Origin: Pseudomonadota bacterium
GTDB taxonomy: Bacteria; Pseudomonadota; Gammaproteobacteria; Burkholderiales; JABEVD01
Assembly: GCA_021848705.1 (NCBI GenBank)
Contig: JAJZTT010000003.1
Coordinates: 1-42,305, forward strand
Length of the DNA stretch: 42,305 bases
Reading direction: 5' to 3'
Positions within the stretch are counted from its first letter, which is position 1. Every line of letters begins with the position of its first letter. The translations under genes were made by a program, and so were the position numbers. Positions 26,066 through 35,833 of the stretch are shown piece by piece. The notes below the pieces were generated by a model. The model searched no databases and had not been told where the DNA came from. It was given only the letters and a program-made list of their open reading frames with translations.

Positions 26066-28395
26066 CGAAACAGCGCCTGTCGTTCGCGATCTGGCTCGCG
26101 ATCCTGATCGCGTCGATCGCGATCATCGCGAAAACCAGGTTCGTGTCGGATCTATCCGCATTCATGCCCGAGGCGCCGAACGAACGCCAGCAGCTTCTCC
26201 TCGACCAGTTCAAGGACGGAATCATCGGCCGCCTGATCATGATCGGAATCGAGGGGGGAAGCGCCGAAGAAAGGGCCGCACTATCTCTCGAACTTGCAAA
26301 AAGACTGCGCAAAACCGGGCTGTACTCCGGAGTGCAAAACGGCGACTCGCAAACCGAAGAGCGCGACCGGAAATATTTTTTCGAAAACCGTTATCTGCTG
26401 AGCCCCACCGTCACGCCTGCGAAATTCACGAAGGCGGGACTGCATTTTGCGATCTCCGACTCGATCGATGCGCTCGCTAGCGACGCGGGAATGATCATCA
26501 AGCGCCTCTTCGCGAACGACCCGACCGGGGAGACGCTCGCGCTGCTCGAACGGTTTTCCGGGGGAAGCGCGCCTCGGAGCCTCAACGGCGCATGGGCATC
26601 GCAGGACGGGAAACGGGCCGTGCTGATCGCCTACACCAGGGAGCCCGGCACCGATACCGAAGCCCAGGCCCGCGCGATCGAAATGGTGAAGAAGACCTTC
26701 GCTGCGCTTCCCGGAAAATCCGCAGACACCCATGTGGTGATGAGCGGAACGGGGGTGTTCTCGGTCAAGTCCCGCAACACCATCGAGGGCGAAGTAAAAA
26801 GACTCGCAGGGGCGAGCCTCGTCCTGGTGGTGAGCCTGCTGCTGCTATTTTATCGATCCGTCTGGCTGCTCGCGTTGGGACTCCTTCCCGTGCTTTCCGG
26901 CGCGCTCGCCGGAATCGCCACCGTCAGCCTCGGATTCGGCTATGTGCACGGGCTCACCATGGGGTTCGGCACTACCCTGATCGGGGAAGCGGTGGACTAT
27001 TCGATCTATTTCTACCTGCAACGCGCAGGAGAACTCAATCCCGGCAGGTTCTGGAAAACCATATGGATCGGGGTGTCGACCTCGATCGCAGGATTCGCCG
27101 CCCTGCTCTTTTCAGGTTTTCCCGGACTCGCCCAGTTGGGCACCTATTCGATCAGCGGGCTGATCGCAGCGGCCATCGTCACCCGCCACGTTTTGCCCAC
27201 GCTGGTTCCGGAAAAACTGAATCTGCGCGACATGAAGAAAACCGGACTTGCCCTGGATGGAATGCTCGGCTTCGCAACCCGGTTGCGCTGGCTCCCCCCC
27301 CTGCTTGCGATCGCAGCCTGCGCGGTCATCTTTCTCCATTCCGGAAAGATATGGAACCGCAACCTCTCCACGCTGAGCCCGATTTCGAAGACGGACCAGC
27401 AGCTCGACCAGCAATTGCGCAGCGATCTCGGCGCCCCCGATCTGCGCTTCATGGTCGCTTTCAGCGCCAATGATGAAGAGCATGCGCTGCAAGGCGCGGA
27501 AAGGGCGGGAGTCGTTCTCGACGATCTCGTCAAGAAAAAAGCGATCGCAGGCTTCAGTTCGCCCTCCTTCGTCCTCCCCAGTCTGAAGATGCAGCAGGCG
27601 CGCCGCTCGGCCATCCCCGACGCGCCCCATGCGAAGCAGAATCTCGACGAAGCCCTCCAGGGGCTCCCGGTGCAGGCGGCAAGACTGCAGGGATTTCTTT
27701 CCGACATCGAAGCTGCACGAACCGGGAAACCGCTCACGAGATCCGATCTCGAAGGGACCTCCGCCGCCCTCCTCTACGACTCGATGCTGATCCACCGGAA
27801 AAACGACGTTCTGGTCCTGATGCCCCTCAAGGAAACCGACAGCAGCGCGGACATGCCCATCGAAGTGAACGTGGTTCAGGATGCCCTGAAAAAGACCGGA
27901 CTCGATCATGTCGTCGTCATCGACCTGCTGGAAGAATCCACGCAGCTATTCGAGAACTACCGGGACGAAGTGCTGACTCTTTCCGAATTCGGATGCATCG
28001 TGATCGCAGGACTTCTCCTTTTCGCGCTCAAATCGCCTCGCCGCACCCTGAGAGTGATCGCCCCGCTCGTCTGCGCGGTGACCTGCGTCACGGCCGCGAC
28101 CCTGCTTGGCGGCACCAAGCTAACCATCCTGCACCTCGTGGGACTATTGCTCGTGGTCGCGATCGGGTCGAATTACGCGCTTTTTTTCGAGAATTCGGAA
28201 AGCGCGACGGACGGGGAAAGAAGACAGATGCAGATCTCCCTCGTGGTGGCCAACCTCACCGCGGTCGGAAGCTTCGGAATCCTCGGGTTTTCCAGCATCC
28301 CGCTGCTTTCCGCAATCGGCACGACGGTGGGACTCGGCGCGTTTTTCTCGCTGATTTTCTCCGCGATCCTGTCGCGCAGCAGAATCGTATTATAA
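26062..28395 (+). CDS. MMPL/RND-type exporter of aryl polyene clusters
   Basis: Start ATG 26062 (ATGA coupling); DLSAFMP, HGLTMGFGTTLIGEAVDYSIY, LLVVAIGSNYALFF; two TM bundles. Confidence 0.88.
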   Translation: MTKQRLSFAIWLAILIASIAIIAKTRFVSDLSAFMPEAPNERQQLLLDQFKDGIIGRLIMIGIEGGSAEERAALSLELAKRLRKTGLYSGVQNGDSQTEERDRKYFFENRYLLSPTVTPAKFTKAGLHFAISDSIDALASDAGMIIKRLFANDPTGETLALLERFSGGSAPRSLNGAWASQDGKRAVLIAYTREPGTDTEAQARAIEMVKKTFAALPGKSADTHVVMSGTGVFSVKSRNTIEGEVKRLAGASLVLVVSLLLLFYRSVWLLALGLLPVLSGALAGIATVSLGFGYVHGLTMGFGTTLIGEAVDYSIYFYLQRAGELNPGRFWKTIWIGVSTSIAGFAALLFSGFPGLAQLGTYSISGLIAAAIVTRHVLPTLVPEKLNLRDMKKTGLALDGMLGFATRLRWLPPLLAIAACAVIFLHSGKIWNRNLSTLSPISKTDQQLDQQLRSDLGAPDLRFMVAFSANDEEHALQGAERAGVVLDDLVKKKAIAGFSSPSFVLPSLKMQQARRSAIPDAPHAKQNLDEALQGLPVQAARLQGFLSDIEAARTGKPLTRSDLEGTSAALLYDSMLIHRKNDVLVLMPLKETDSSADMPIEVNVVQDALKKTGLDHVVVIDLLEESTQLFENYRDEVLTLSEFGCIVIAGLLLFALKSPRRTLRVIAPLVCAVTCVTAATLLGGTKLTILHLVGLLLVVAIGSNYALFFENSESATDGERRQMQISLVVANLTAVGSFGILGFSSIPLLSAIGTTVGLGAFFSLIFSAILSRSRIVL

Positions 28396-28422
28396 TCGGC
28401 ACCATTTCCAACCGAAGCGACC

Positions 28423-29697
28423 ATGCGCAGATTCACACCTTTCATTCTGGGCTCGATCTGCCTCCATGCGGGAATGTTCGCACTCGTGGCATTTTCTCCG
28501 GAAAAATGGCTTCTCGCGCTCGCAATCCTGTTCGCGAACCATGCAGCGATCGGCGTTGCGGGGCTCCTTCCACGCTCCCGGCTTCTCGGGCCGAACCTCG
28601 TCCATCTTCCGGATGAAGCGGCGAATCGCGCGGAAGTCGCGCTCACATTCGACGACGGCCCGGACCCCGAAGTCACACCAAAAGTCCTGGAAATCCTGGG
28701 GCGACACGGGGTGCGTGCCACCTTTTTCTGCATCGGGGAACGGGCGGCAGCCCATCCCGAAATCTGCCGAGAAATCGTGTCAAGCGGCCACGAAATCGAG
28801 AACCACGGGCAGCGGCACCGCAACCACCTTGCCTTTTCCGGCGTCGCAGGCTGGATGCGCGAAGTGGGAGAAGGGCAGAAGACCATCGAAGCCATCACGG
28901 GAAGACGACCGGAGTTCTACCGCGCGCTCGCAGGACTGCGCAATCCATTTCTCGACCCGGTTCTGCAGAAACTCGGGATCCGCCTTGCAAGCTGGACCCG
29001 TCGCGGCTATGACACCCGCTGCAGTGACTCCGAAGCCGTTCTCTCCCGCCTCACAAAAGGACTCAAGGCGGGAGACATCCTGCTCCTGCACGACGGCCAT
29101 GGCGCGAGAAGCGAGACGGGCGACCCGGTCGTGCTCGAAGTGCTTCCCCGGCTGCTCTCCGAACTGGAAAAGCGGAACCTGAAACCGGTTTCCCTGGGGA
29201 CCGCCCTTCGCCAACGTCATGCTGATCGCGCGCGCATCATGATGTTCCCGGATCACGACTGGATCGCCTCCCGCATTCCGCACAAGGCAAATATGTGCCT
29301 GCTCGACCGGGTGATTGGCTGGAACGAAACGCAAATCTTCTGTAGGGCAAAAAGCCATCGTTTTCCCGACAATCCCTTGCGACAGGAAGGAATGCTCGGC
29401 ATAACCACGGGAATCGAATACGCCGCGCAGGCCATGGCGGTACACGGGGCGCTGCTTGCGGGAAACGAAGAATCCCCTGCCGCAGGCTATTTGACCAGCG
29501 TCAGGAACGTGCGCTGGAAGAGGAGCAGGCTCGACGACCTGGATGGGGAAATCGAAGTGCGTGCAGAGCGTCTTTCCGGAAACGAGCTCAACATCCTGTA
29601 TTCCTTCGGAGTCTCTTTCGGAGAGGAAATGTTGATCGAAGGCAGGGCGAGCGTCATGCTCGATGCATCCTCGGCAAAATTGGAGAAAAACTCATGA
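28423..29697 (+). CDS. Fusion of a NodB-type polysaccharide deacetylase and a hotdog dehydratase (ApeP-like)
   Basis: ALTFDDGP, ENHG..H, LLLHD; then from about 29239 WIASRIPH..MCLLDRV, IEYAAQAMAVHG. Confidence 0.8.
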   Translation: MRRFTPFILGSICLHAGMFALVAFSPEKWLLALAILFANHAAIGVAGLLPRSRLLGPNLVHLPDEAANRAEVALTFDDGPDPEVTPKVLEILGRHGVRATFFCIGERAAAHPEICREIVSSGHEIENHGQRHRNHLAFSGVAGWMREVGEGQKTIEAITGRRPEFYRALAGLRNPFLDPVLQKLGIRLASWTRRGYDTRCSDSEAVLSRLTKGLKAGDILLLHDGHGARSETGDPVVLEVLPRLLSELEKRNLKPVSLGTALRQRHADRARIMMFPDHDWIASRIPHKANMCLLDRVIGWNETQIFCRAKSHRFPDNPLRQEGMLGITTGIEYAAQAMAVHGALLAGNEESPAAGYLTSVRNVRWKRSRLDDLDGEIEVRAERLSGNELNILYSFGVSFGEEMLIEGRASVMLDASSAKLEKNS

Positions 29698-30413
29698 AAA
29701 GAGCGCTCGTCACGGGAGGGAGCGGCGCGATCGGTGACGCCATCTGCAGGCGTCTCGCCGCTGACGGAATGCATGTCATCGTCCATGCCAACCGGAACCT
29801 CGATTCCGCCGGGGAGCTCTGCGAAGAGCTCATCCGGCAGGGATATTCCGCACAGGCGGTCCGGTTCGATGTGACCGATCTCGCCGAATGCGAATCGACC
29901 CTCGAAGCTCTCGCCGAAGAAGCCCCCATCCAGGTCGTGATCAACAATGCCGGAATCCACGACGATGCAGTATTTCCGGGAATGAATCCGCAACAGTGGC
30001 ACGGCGTCATCGACGTTTCCTTGAACGGCTTCTTCAACGTCACGAAACCGCTCGTGATGCCGATGATCCGGACCCGCTGGGGGCGAATCGTCAACATCAC
30101 CTCGATCGCAGGAATCACCGGGAACCGCGGGCAGACCAATTATGCCGCGGCCAAGGGCGCGCTTCACGCAGCGGGAAAATCCCTTGCGCTGGAACTCGCA
30201 AGCCGGGGAATCACGGTCAATTCGGTTGCGCCCGGAATCATCGAGTCTCCGATGATAGCAAAAGCATTCGACCGCGAATCGATCTCGCGCCTCGTTCCGA
30301 TGAAGCGGGCGGGAAGACCCGAAGAAGTGGCGGGACTCGTCGGCTACCTCGCATCCGAAGAGGCCGCCTATGTCACCGGGCAGGTGATCTCGATCAATGG
30401 CGGAATGATCTGA
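29694..30413 (+). CDS. fabG: 3-oxoacyl-ACP reductase (cluster-specific FabG paralogue)
   Basis: TGGSGAIG, NNAGI, GQTNYAAAK, VAPGII, YVTGQVISINGG. Confidence 0.9.
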   Translation: MKRALVTGGSGAIGDAICRRLAADGMHVIVHANRNLDSAGELCEELIRQGYSAQAVRFDVTDLAECESTLEALAEEAPIQVVINNAGIHDDAVFPGMNPQQWHGVIDVSLNGFFNVTKPLVMPMIRTRWGRIVNITSIAGITGNRGQTNYAAAKGALHAAGKSLALELASRGITVNSVAPGIIESPMIAKAFDRESISRLVPMKRAGRPEEVAGLVGYLASEEAAYVTGQVISINGGMI

Positions 30414-31293
30414 CCCGGAAGGGTTCGAAGGGCAGATCGAGCCCGCCCGCTTTCAGCCAGCGGGAATAGAGCCTGAAATCCTTCTGCTGCGATCGGGTGA
30501 AGTTCGCGTATATTTCTCCGGCAAAATTTCTCGCCATTTCGTCCGGCACCCTTCGGGCAGCGCTCCTGAAAATCACCATGAACGGGGCAAGCGCGGTCTC
30601 GTACTTCGTCAATCCATCCCCGAGCAGACGAAGCGCACGGGAGAACTCGTCGACGCTGAAGGCGGCCTTGAGGGAATTGAAGTAATCCAGGGTGAAATTT
30701 TCCGGCTGCTCGGCGCTCCGGTCCCGTGAAAAGAAACGCTGGGTGGCGGAGCGTTTGAGGCGGCCGAAATCGATCAGGTAAATCCCCCCTCCCGGTTTCA
30801 GCACCCGCCGGGCCTCGCGGAAAGTGGAAAAAAGCGCATCCTCGTCGGGCAGATGATGCAGGGTCATGGTCGAAATCACGCAGTCGAACGATGCGTCGGC
30901 AAATCCGGAAAGCCGGGTCATGTCGCCCGACTCCAGGCCGACATTTCCAGTCCCGCAGCGCGCCACCGTGTCCCGCGCTCGATTCAGCATCTCGGATGAC
31001 GCATCGAGCCCAAGGAAATCCGCGGATGGATTCAGTCTTGCGATCTGCACGAGCTGATTGGCCGGACCGCAGCCCAGGTCCAGCACTTTTTCCCCGGGCT
31101 TCACCAGGTTCGAGATCTGGATCGCCTGGTAAAGGTAAATGAAGGCGAGCAGCCCGTCCTCGCGCCCCACCCGCTCGAACGCTTCGTTCTGCGCCGCGTC
31201 CCCCATCACGAGCCCCGGCTCGGGTATCCGTTCGAGCACCTTTCCCGAGAATTTCTCCAGGATGAGGTGAGCGAGCATCGCAGGGCCGGACAT
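30394..31293 (-). CDS. Class I SAM-dependent methyltransferase
   Basis: RIPEPGLVM, VLDLGCGP, GLDASSEML, TLHHLPD, RVLKPGG. Confidence 0.88.
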   Translation of the reverse strand: MSGPAMLAHLILEKFSGKVLERIPEPGLVMGDAAQNEAFERVGREDGLLAFIYLYQAIQISNLVKPGEKVLDLGCGPANQLVQIARLNPSADFLGLDASSEMLNRARDTVARCGTGNVGLESGDMTRLSGFADASFDCVISTMTLHHLPDEDALFSTFREARRVLKPGGGIYLIDFGRLKRSATQRFFSRDRSAEQPENFTLDYFNSLKAAFSVDEFSRALRLLGDGLTKYETALAPFMVIFRSAARRVPDEMARNFAGEIYANFTRSQQKDFRLYSRWLKAGGLDLPFEPFRVRSFRH

Positions 31294-31312
31294 GCCTAGC
31301 CTCGTGCGATGC

Positions 31313-32074
31313 TCATTTGGTGGCCTGGTATTCGGCCAGGATGCTCATTCCCCTGACCTCGATGTGGCGGCGAACCGAAGTGAAGCCGCTCGCTTCCAGC
31401 GTCGCCAGCACCGTTGCAGGCGGTACGCAGGCTTCGATGGTATCCCAGTAATAGCGCCAGAGGCGCGCGGTATTTTTCCTGTTGCCGACGAACATCGCGA
31501 GCAGGGGCACCAGCCCCTTCATGTAAATCTTGAGCAGGAAGCGCCCCCAGGCGCTTTCCGGACAGGTGATCTCGAGAATGCAGAGCTTCGCGCCCGGCTT
31601 CATCACCCGGTGAAACTCGCGAAAGGCCACGGAAAGATCGCTGATGTGACGAAGCGCATACCCCATGCTGAGAAAATCGAAATGATCGTCCGGAAACGGG
31701 ATCTCCTCCGCGCGCCCTTCCACCATGGCAACCCCTTCGGGAATCCTGGCGTTCTTCATCATTCCCGGACTCGGATCGACTCCGGTGACGAGCCGGGGGT
31801 CCCCGACGATCCTCGCCGCCTCGCGAGCCACCAGTCCGGTGCCGACGCCCACATCGACGATTCTCATCCCGGATTTCAGCCCCGCCCTCTCCAGCGCCTG
31901 ACCGCGATACCAGAGACCGGTTCCCAGCCCGAGAATGTGTTCCATGCGATCGTAATCTTCGGCCGTGCTGTCGAACATTTCCCGGACGAATCCCTTCCTT
32001 TCCGATTCGTCTGCGTAATAGCGGGTAAGCGGGACATGAGGAGCGCGGGCGATTTCATCGTTGCTCTGGTTCAT
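31313..32074 (-). CDS. UbiE/MenG-like SAM-dependent methyltransferase
   Basis: VREMFDSTAEDYD, VDVGVGTG, GVDPSPGMM, MGYALRH, RVMKPG. Confidence 0.88.
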   Translation of the reverse strand: MNQSNDEIARAPHVPLTRYYADESERKGFVREMFDSTAEDYDRMEHILGLGTGLWYRGQALERAGLKSGMRIVDVGVGTGLVAREAARIVGDPRLVTGVDPSPGMMKNARIPEGVAMVEGRAEEIPFPDDHFDFLSMGYALRHISDLSVAFREFHRVMKPGAKLCILEITCPESAWGRFLLKIYMKGLVPLLAMFVGNRKNTARLWRYYWDTIEACVPPATVLATLEASGFTSVRRHIEVRGMSILAEYQATK

Positions 32075-32095
32075 TTCGGTTTCCTGTGGAAGATC

Positions 32096-33334
32096 TTATC
32101 CGTTTCTTCTGAAGGCCAGCACGGCATTGCTCCCGCCGAAGGCGAACGAATTGCTGATCGCCGCATCGAAGGAAACATCGCGAAGCCCGATTCCCATCAC
32201 ATGGCGCACTCCCCTGCAGTCCGCCGCCACTTCCCTAAGATTCGCGGTCGGTGGTATTTCCTGCCTTACCAGGGCGAGCACGGTGATCACCGCTTCCATC
32301 GCGCCCGCAGCGCCCAGAAGATGCCCATGCATCGATTTCGTGGAACTCACGGGCAAACTCTCCGCCCAATTTCCGAAAACGGTTTTCAGGGCATCGATCT
32401 CGACCGGATCGCCTTCCTGGGTTGCGGTCCCGTGCGCGTTCACATAACCGATATCTTCCGGGGAAAGCCCGGCCTCATGGAGCGCCGCCTGCATCGCCCT
32501 GACCTGACCGGACGGGTCAGGGCGAACCAGATGAGAATGATCGCAGCTCTGTCCGTATCCTGCGAGTTCGCAATAAATCCTTGCTCCACGCTCGATGGCA
32601 TGATCCCAGTCCTCTAGAACCATGGCCGCTCCCCCTTCCCCGAGAACCAGCCCGGTACGTCCTTCCTGGAACGGCCTGCAGGCAAAAGGTGCGGTAGCTT
32701 CGTCCCCCTGGGCGACGACCCGCATTCCGTCCCAGGCCATCATGACCGAAAGAGCGAGCGGAGACTCCGAACCGCCCGCCACCACGAGGCGGCTTTCCCC
32801 GGAGCGAATCCTGCGATACGCTTCCCCGATCGAGATCGCCGAAGAAGCGCAGGCTACCGAATAGGTCTGGCAAGGTGCGCCGAGGTCAAGCGCGATGGAA
32901 ATGTGGGAAGCCGCCGCATTGTTCATGGCAAGCGCCACGGTGAGCGGAGACATGCGGCGTTTTCCGCGCACGAAAAAATCGGTATATCCCTTCTCGAAAG
33001 TGATTGCGCCTCCCACCCCTGTGCCCCAGGATACGCCGTATTCGTCCGATCCCTTTTCCATTCCTGCATCCTTCCAGGCCTCGAAAGCGGAGGATAGGGC
33101 GAACTGGCTGTAGCGGTCGGTCAGGCTGGTCAATGCGCGACCGATTGCCTGTTCAGGGTTGAAAGCGGTGCAGCGCACCACGGGCTGGGCGAGATCGTCG
33201 GGAGATGCCGGGTGCCGGTAATGGGACACTGCCGACTCGCCGCGCATGATCCTGTCAAAAAAATCCCCGGTGTCCCCACCGAAAGGGCTGACCAGCCCGA
33301 GACCGGTGACGGCTACCCTTTTATGCCCCGTCAT
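32096..33334 (-). CDS. fabF: Beta-ketoacyl-ACP synthase II (FabF-like)
   Basis: Catalytic Cys-His-His triad: VACASS, NAHGTAT, HGHLLGAAG; SNSFAFGG. Confidence 0.85.
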   Translation of the reverse strand: MTGHKRVAVTGLGLVSPFGGDTGDFFDRIMRGESAVSHYRHPASPDDLAQPVVRCTAFNPEQAIGRALTSLTDRYSQFALSSAFEAWKDAGMEKGSDEYGVSWGTGVGGAITFEKGYTDFFVRGKRRMSPLTVALAMNNAAASHISIALDLGAPCQTYSVACASSAISIGEAYRRIRSGESRLVVAGGSESPLALSVMMAWDGMRVVAQGDEATAPFACRPFQEGRTGLVLGEGGAAMVLEDWDHAIERGARIYCELAGYGQSCDHSHLVRPDPSGQVRAMQAALHEAGLSPEDIGYVNAHGTATQEGDPVEIDALKTVFGNWAESLPVSSTKSMHGHLLGAAGAMEAVITVLALVRQEIPPTANLREVAADCRGVRHVMGIGLRDVSFDAAISNSFAFGGSNAVLAFRRNG

Positions 33335-33573
33335 GCTTTGCCAGGGGGCTTGTATTTTTCGACCACTTCGATCAGGTCTCCGACCGTGCGCGGGGTGGGC
33401 AGGTCGCGGGGCAGGCTGAGGCCGTATTTTTCTTCCATTTCGAAAATCAGTTCCAGCAGGCCCAGTGAGTCGATTCCGATTTCTTCGAGCACGCTTTCCG
33501 GCTGAATGTTCCCGGGGGGGTTGTCGACGTGACGGTCAAGGAAATCCTTGATGAGTTGCAGGTGGTCATCCAT
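33331..33573 (-). CDS. Acyl carrier protein
   Basis: 80 aa from MDDHLQL; GIDSL phosphopantetheine site; TVGDLI; ATGA coupling to the FabF-like gene. Confidence 0.88.
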   Translation of the reverse strand: MDDHLQLIKDFLDRHVDNPPGNIQPESVLEEIGIDSLGLLELIFEMEEKYGLSLPRDLPTPRTVGDLIEVVEKYKPPGKA

Positions 33574-33718
33574 ACAGGCAATGTTCAAATTTGTTATCGT
33601 GAGGTCAACCCTCTGCGCAATCCGCACAACCGAAAAGCAGGCGAATTGTTCAATATTACCCGATACGAGCAATGATTGAAAACAGGAAAGAGACTTTTCC
33701 GTCCACCGGTCATGACGA

Positions 33719-33747
33719 TTGCCCGGAAGGTTGCGCGACATTAGAAT
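33719..33747 (+). promoter_or_regulatory. Putative sigma70 promoter for the KS/CLF pair
   Basis: TTGCCC-N17-TAGAAT in the divergent intergenic region, 68 bp upstream of the KS start. Confidence 0.45.
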
Positions 33748-33815
33748 AGCGATTTTCACGCCATGATCGGTCAGAAGAAACCTTACAGATTCTGCATCGC
33801 GACCGCACTCCCGAC

Positions 33816-35003
33816 ATGCAACCCCTAGCCATCAGCCATTTCACCATGGTCAATGCCCTCGGCCGTGGAACTTCCTCGACACTGGATGCGATCCGCAACG
33901 GAAAATCCGGCCTGAGCCGTTGCGACTTCATGGATGCGCAGCTCGACACCTGGATCGGACGGGTCAAAGGGCTGGAAAGCGACCCCCTGCCCGCCCGCCT
34001 CGGGGAATACGATTGCCGCAACAATCGCCTTGCGATGCTTGGTCTCGTATCGGACGGCTTCGAATCGGCCGTGAAAGCCGCGATCTCCCGTCATGGAAGC
34101 CACAGGATCGCGGTGATCCTGGGCACCAGCACCTCCGGAATCCTCGAGACGGAGATCGCCTACCGGGAGCGCGATGCGCAAGGCGGGCTGCCCGCAAATT
34201 TCCGCTATCGCACCACCCATGAAAATTATTCCGTCACCGATTTCGTGAGAAGCTGCCTCAAGCTGCAAGGACCCGCATTCACGATTTCGACAGCCTGCTC
34301 CTCGAGCGCCAAGGTTTTCGCGACCGCGAGCCGTCTGATCGGCTGCGGGCTTTGCGATGCTGCCGTGGTGGGTGGAGTGGACAGCCTTTGCATGACCACA
34401 TTGTACGGATTCTCTTCCCTCGAAGTCGTCTCGAACATGCCCTGCAGGCCCGCCTCCGCGGACAGAAACGGAATCTCGATCGGAGAAGCGGCAGGATTCG
34501 CCCTGCTCGAGAAACCGGAGGGAAAAAGCGAATTTCCCCTGCTGCTGGGCTATGGGGAAAGCAGCGATGCCTATCACATGTCCACTCCGCATCCGGAAGG
34601 TGCCGGAGCCCGCCTTGCCATGCAGCGCGCACTCGAATGCAGCGGGCTTTCCGCAACCGGGATCGATTACATCAATCTGCACGGAACAGCGACCCGAGCC
34701 AACGACAGCGCGGAAGACCGTGCAGTTTGCGCAATTTTCGGAGAGAACACTCCCTGTAGTTCGACCAAGGGCTGGACGGGACACACCCTGGGTGCCGCAG
34801 GAATCACGGAAGCTGCGATCTGCTGCCTTGCCCTTCGCGAAGGGTTTCTTCCGGCCACACTCAACACCACCTCGGTCGATCCCGGGTTCGGCATGAACGT
34901 GCTGCTCGAAAACCGCTGCCAACCGGTCAGGACCGTGCTCAGCAATTCGTTCGGCTTCGGGGGAAACAACGCCTGCCTCATCATCGGATACGGGAAAGAA
35001 TGA
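33816..35003 (+). CDS. Aryl polyene-type beta-ketoacyl-ACP synthase
   Basis: DCRNNRLA, GTSTSGI, STACSSSAK, NLHGTAT, TGHTLGAAG, SNSFGFGG. Confidence 0.9.
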   Translation: MQPLAISHFTMVNALGRGTSSTLDAIRNGKSGLSRCDFMDAQLDTWIGRVKGLESDPLPARLGEYDCRNNRLAMLGLVSDGFESAVKAAISRHGSHRIAVILGTSTSGILETEIAYRERDAQGGLPANFRYRTTHENYSVTDFVRSCLKLQGPAFTISTACSSSAKVFATASRLIGCGLCDAAVVGGVDSLCMTTLYGFSSLEVVSNMPCRPASADRNGISIGEAAGFALLEKPEGKSEFPLLLGYGESSDAYHMSTPHPEGAGARLAMQRALECSGLSATGIDYINLHGTATRANDSAEDRAVCAIFGENTPCSSTKGWTGHTLGAAGITEAAICCLALREGFLPATLNTTSVDPGFGMNVLLENRCQPVRTVLSNSFGFGGNNACLIIGYGKE

Positions 35004-35833
35004 AGGTCTATCTGAAAGGAGTCGACGCCATCGGCCCGGGATTTTCAAGCCGGGATGAACTGGGGATTCTTCTCTCATCGGGCACAATGCCCGATTTAGA
35101 ATCCGTTCCCCACCCGCAGGGCAACATGCTGCCGGGAGCGGAACGCAGAAGGGCGAGCCCGACCGTGAAGCTTGCGGTCGAAGTCGCGAGGCAGGCGATG
35201 CTTTCTTCGGGCCTGAATGCACAGGAACTCGCGCTGGTTTTCGCTTCTTCCAACGGCGACACGGACACCATCCATCAGATCTGCGAGGCGCTCGCAACCA
35301 GGGAGAGACTCGTCTCTCCGACCCGGTTTCACAATTCGGTCCACAATGCAGCTGCAGGATACTGGAGCATCGCATCCGGCTCGATGCAGCCATCCACCAG
35401 CCTTTGCGCCTGGAATGGAAGTTTTTCTGCCGCACTTCTGGAAGCGTCGGCACAATGCCTCACAGAAGGAACCCCGGTATTGCTCGCCGCATTCGACACT
35501 CCTTTCCCTTTCCCGCTTCAAGAAGTCACTCCCGCCCGGAAGCCTTTCGGCGTGGCCATGGTGCTCGACTCGAATCCGGAAAGCTCGATTGCCGCATTTT
35601 CGATCGAATTTTCCGGGAATGATCCGGATTCCCTTTCCGGCTGGGAGGCATTGCGTCTCGACTCTTCCGCAGCGCGCGCCCTTCCCCTGCTTGCCGCACT
35701 GGCGAAGGGAGGGGAAGTCGTTCTGGAATACCTCGCAGATCTCAGCCTGAAAGTCGGCGTGACTCCCGGAGCCTTTGCAGCAGGAGAAGCGGCAGGCGCA
35801 GCAGGAATCCGATCACCAGGCGGATGTGCATGA
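35000..35833 (+). CDS. Ketosynthase chain-length factor
   Basis: LPGAERRR, VFASSNGD, SPTRFHNSVHNAAAGYW; ATGA coupling to the KS. Confidence 0.88.
   Translation: MKVYLKGVDAIGPGFSSRDELGILLSSGTMPDLESVPHPQGNMLPGAERRRASPTVKLAVEVARQAMLSSGLNAQELALVFASSNGDTDTIHQICEALATRERLVSPTRFHNSVHNAAAGYWSIASGSMQPSTSLCAWNGSFSAALLEASAQCLTEGTPVLLAAFDTPFPFPLQEVTPARKPFGVAMVLDSNPESSIAAFSIEFSGNDPDSLSGWEALRLDSSAARALPLLAALAKGGEVVLEYLADLSLKVGVTPGAFAAGEAAGAAGIRSPGGCA

Noticed and set aside
31313-32074. Housekeeping ubiE/menG
   Set aside because: It sits in an ACP/FabF operon within a pigment cluster and lacks ubiJ/ubiB context; the symbol was not assigned.
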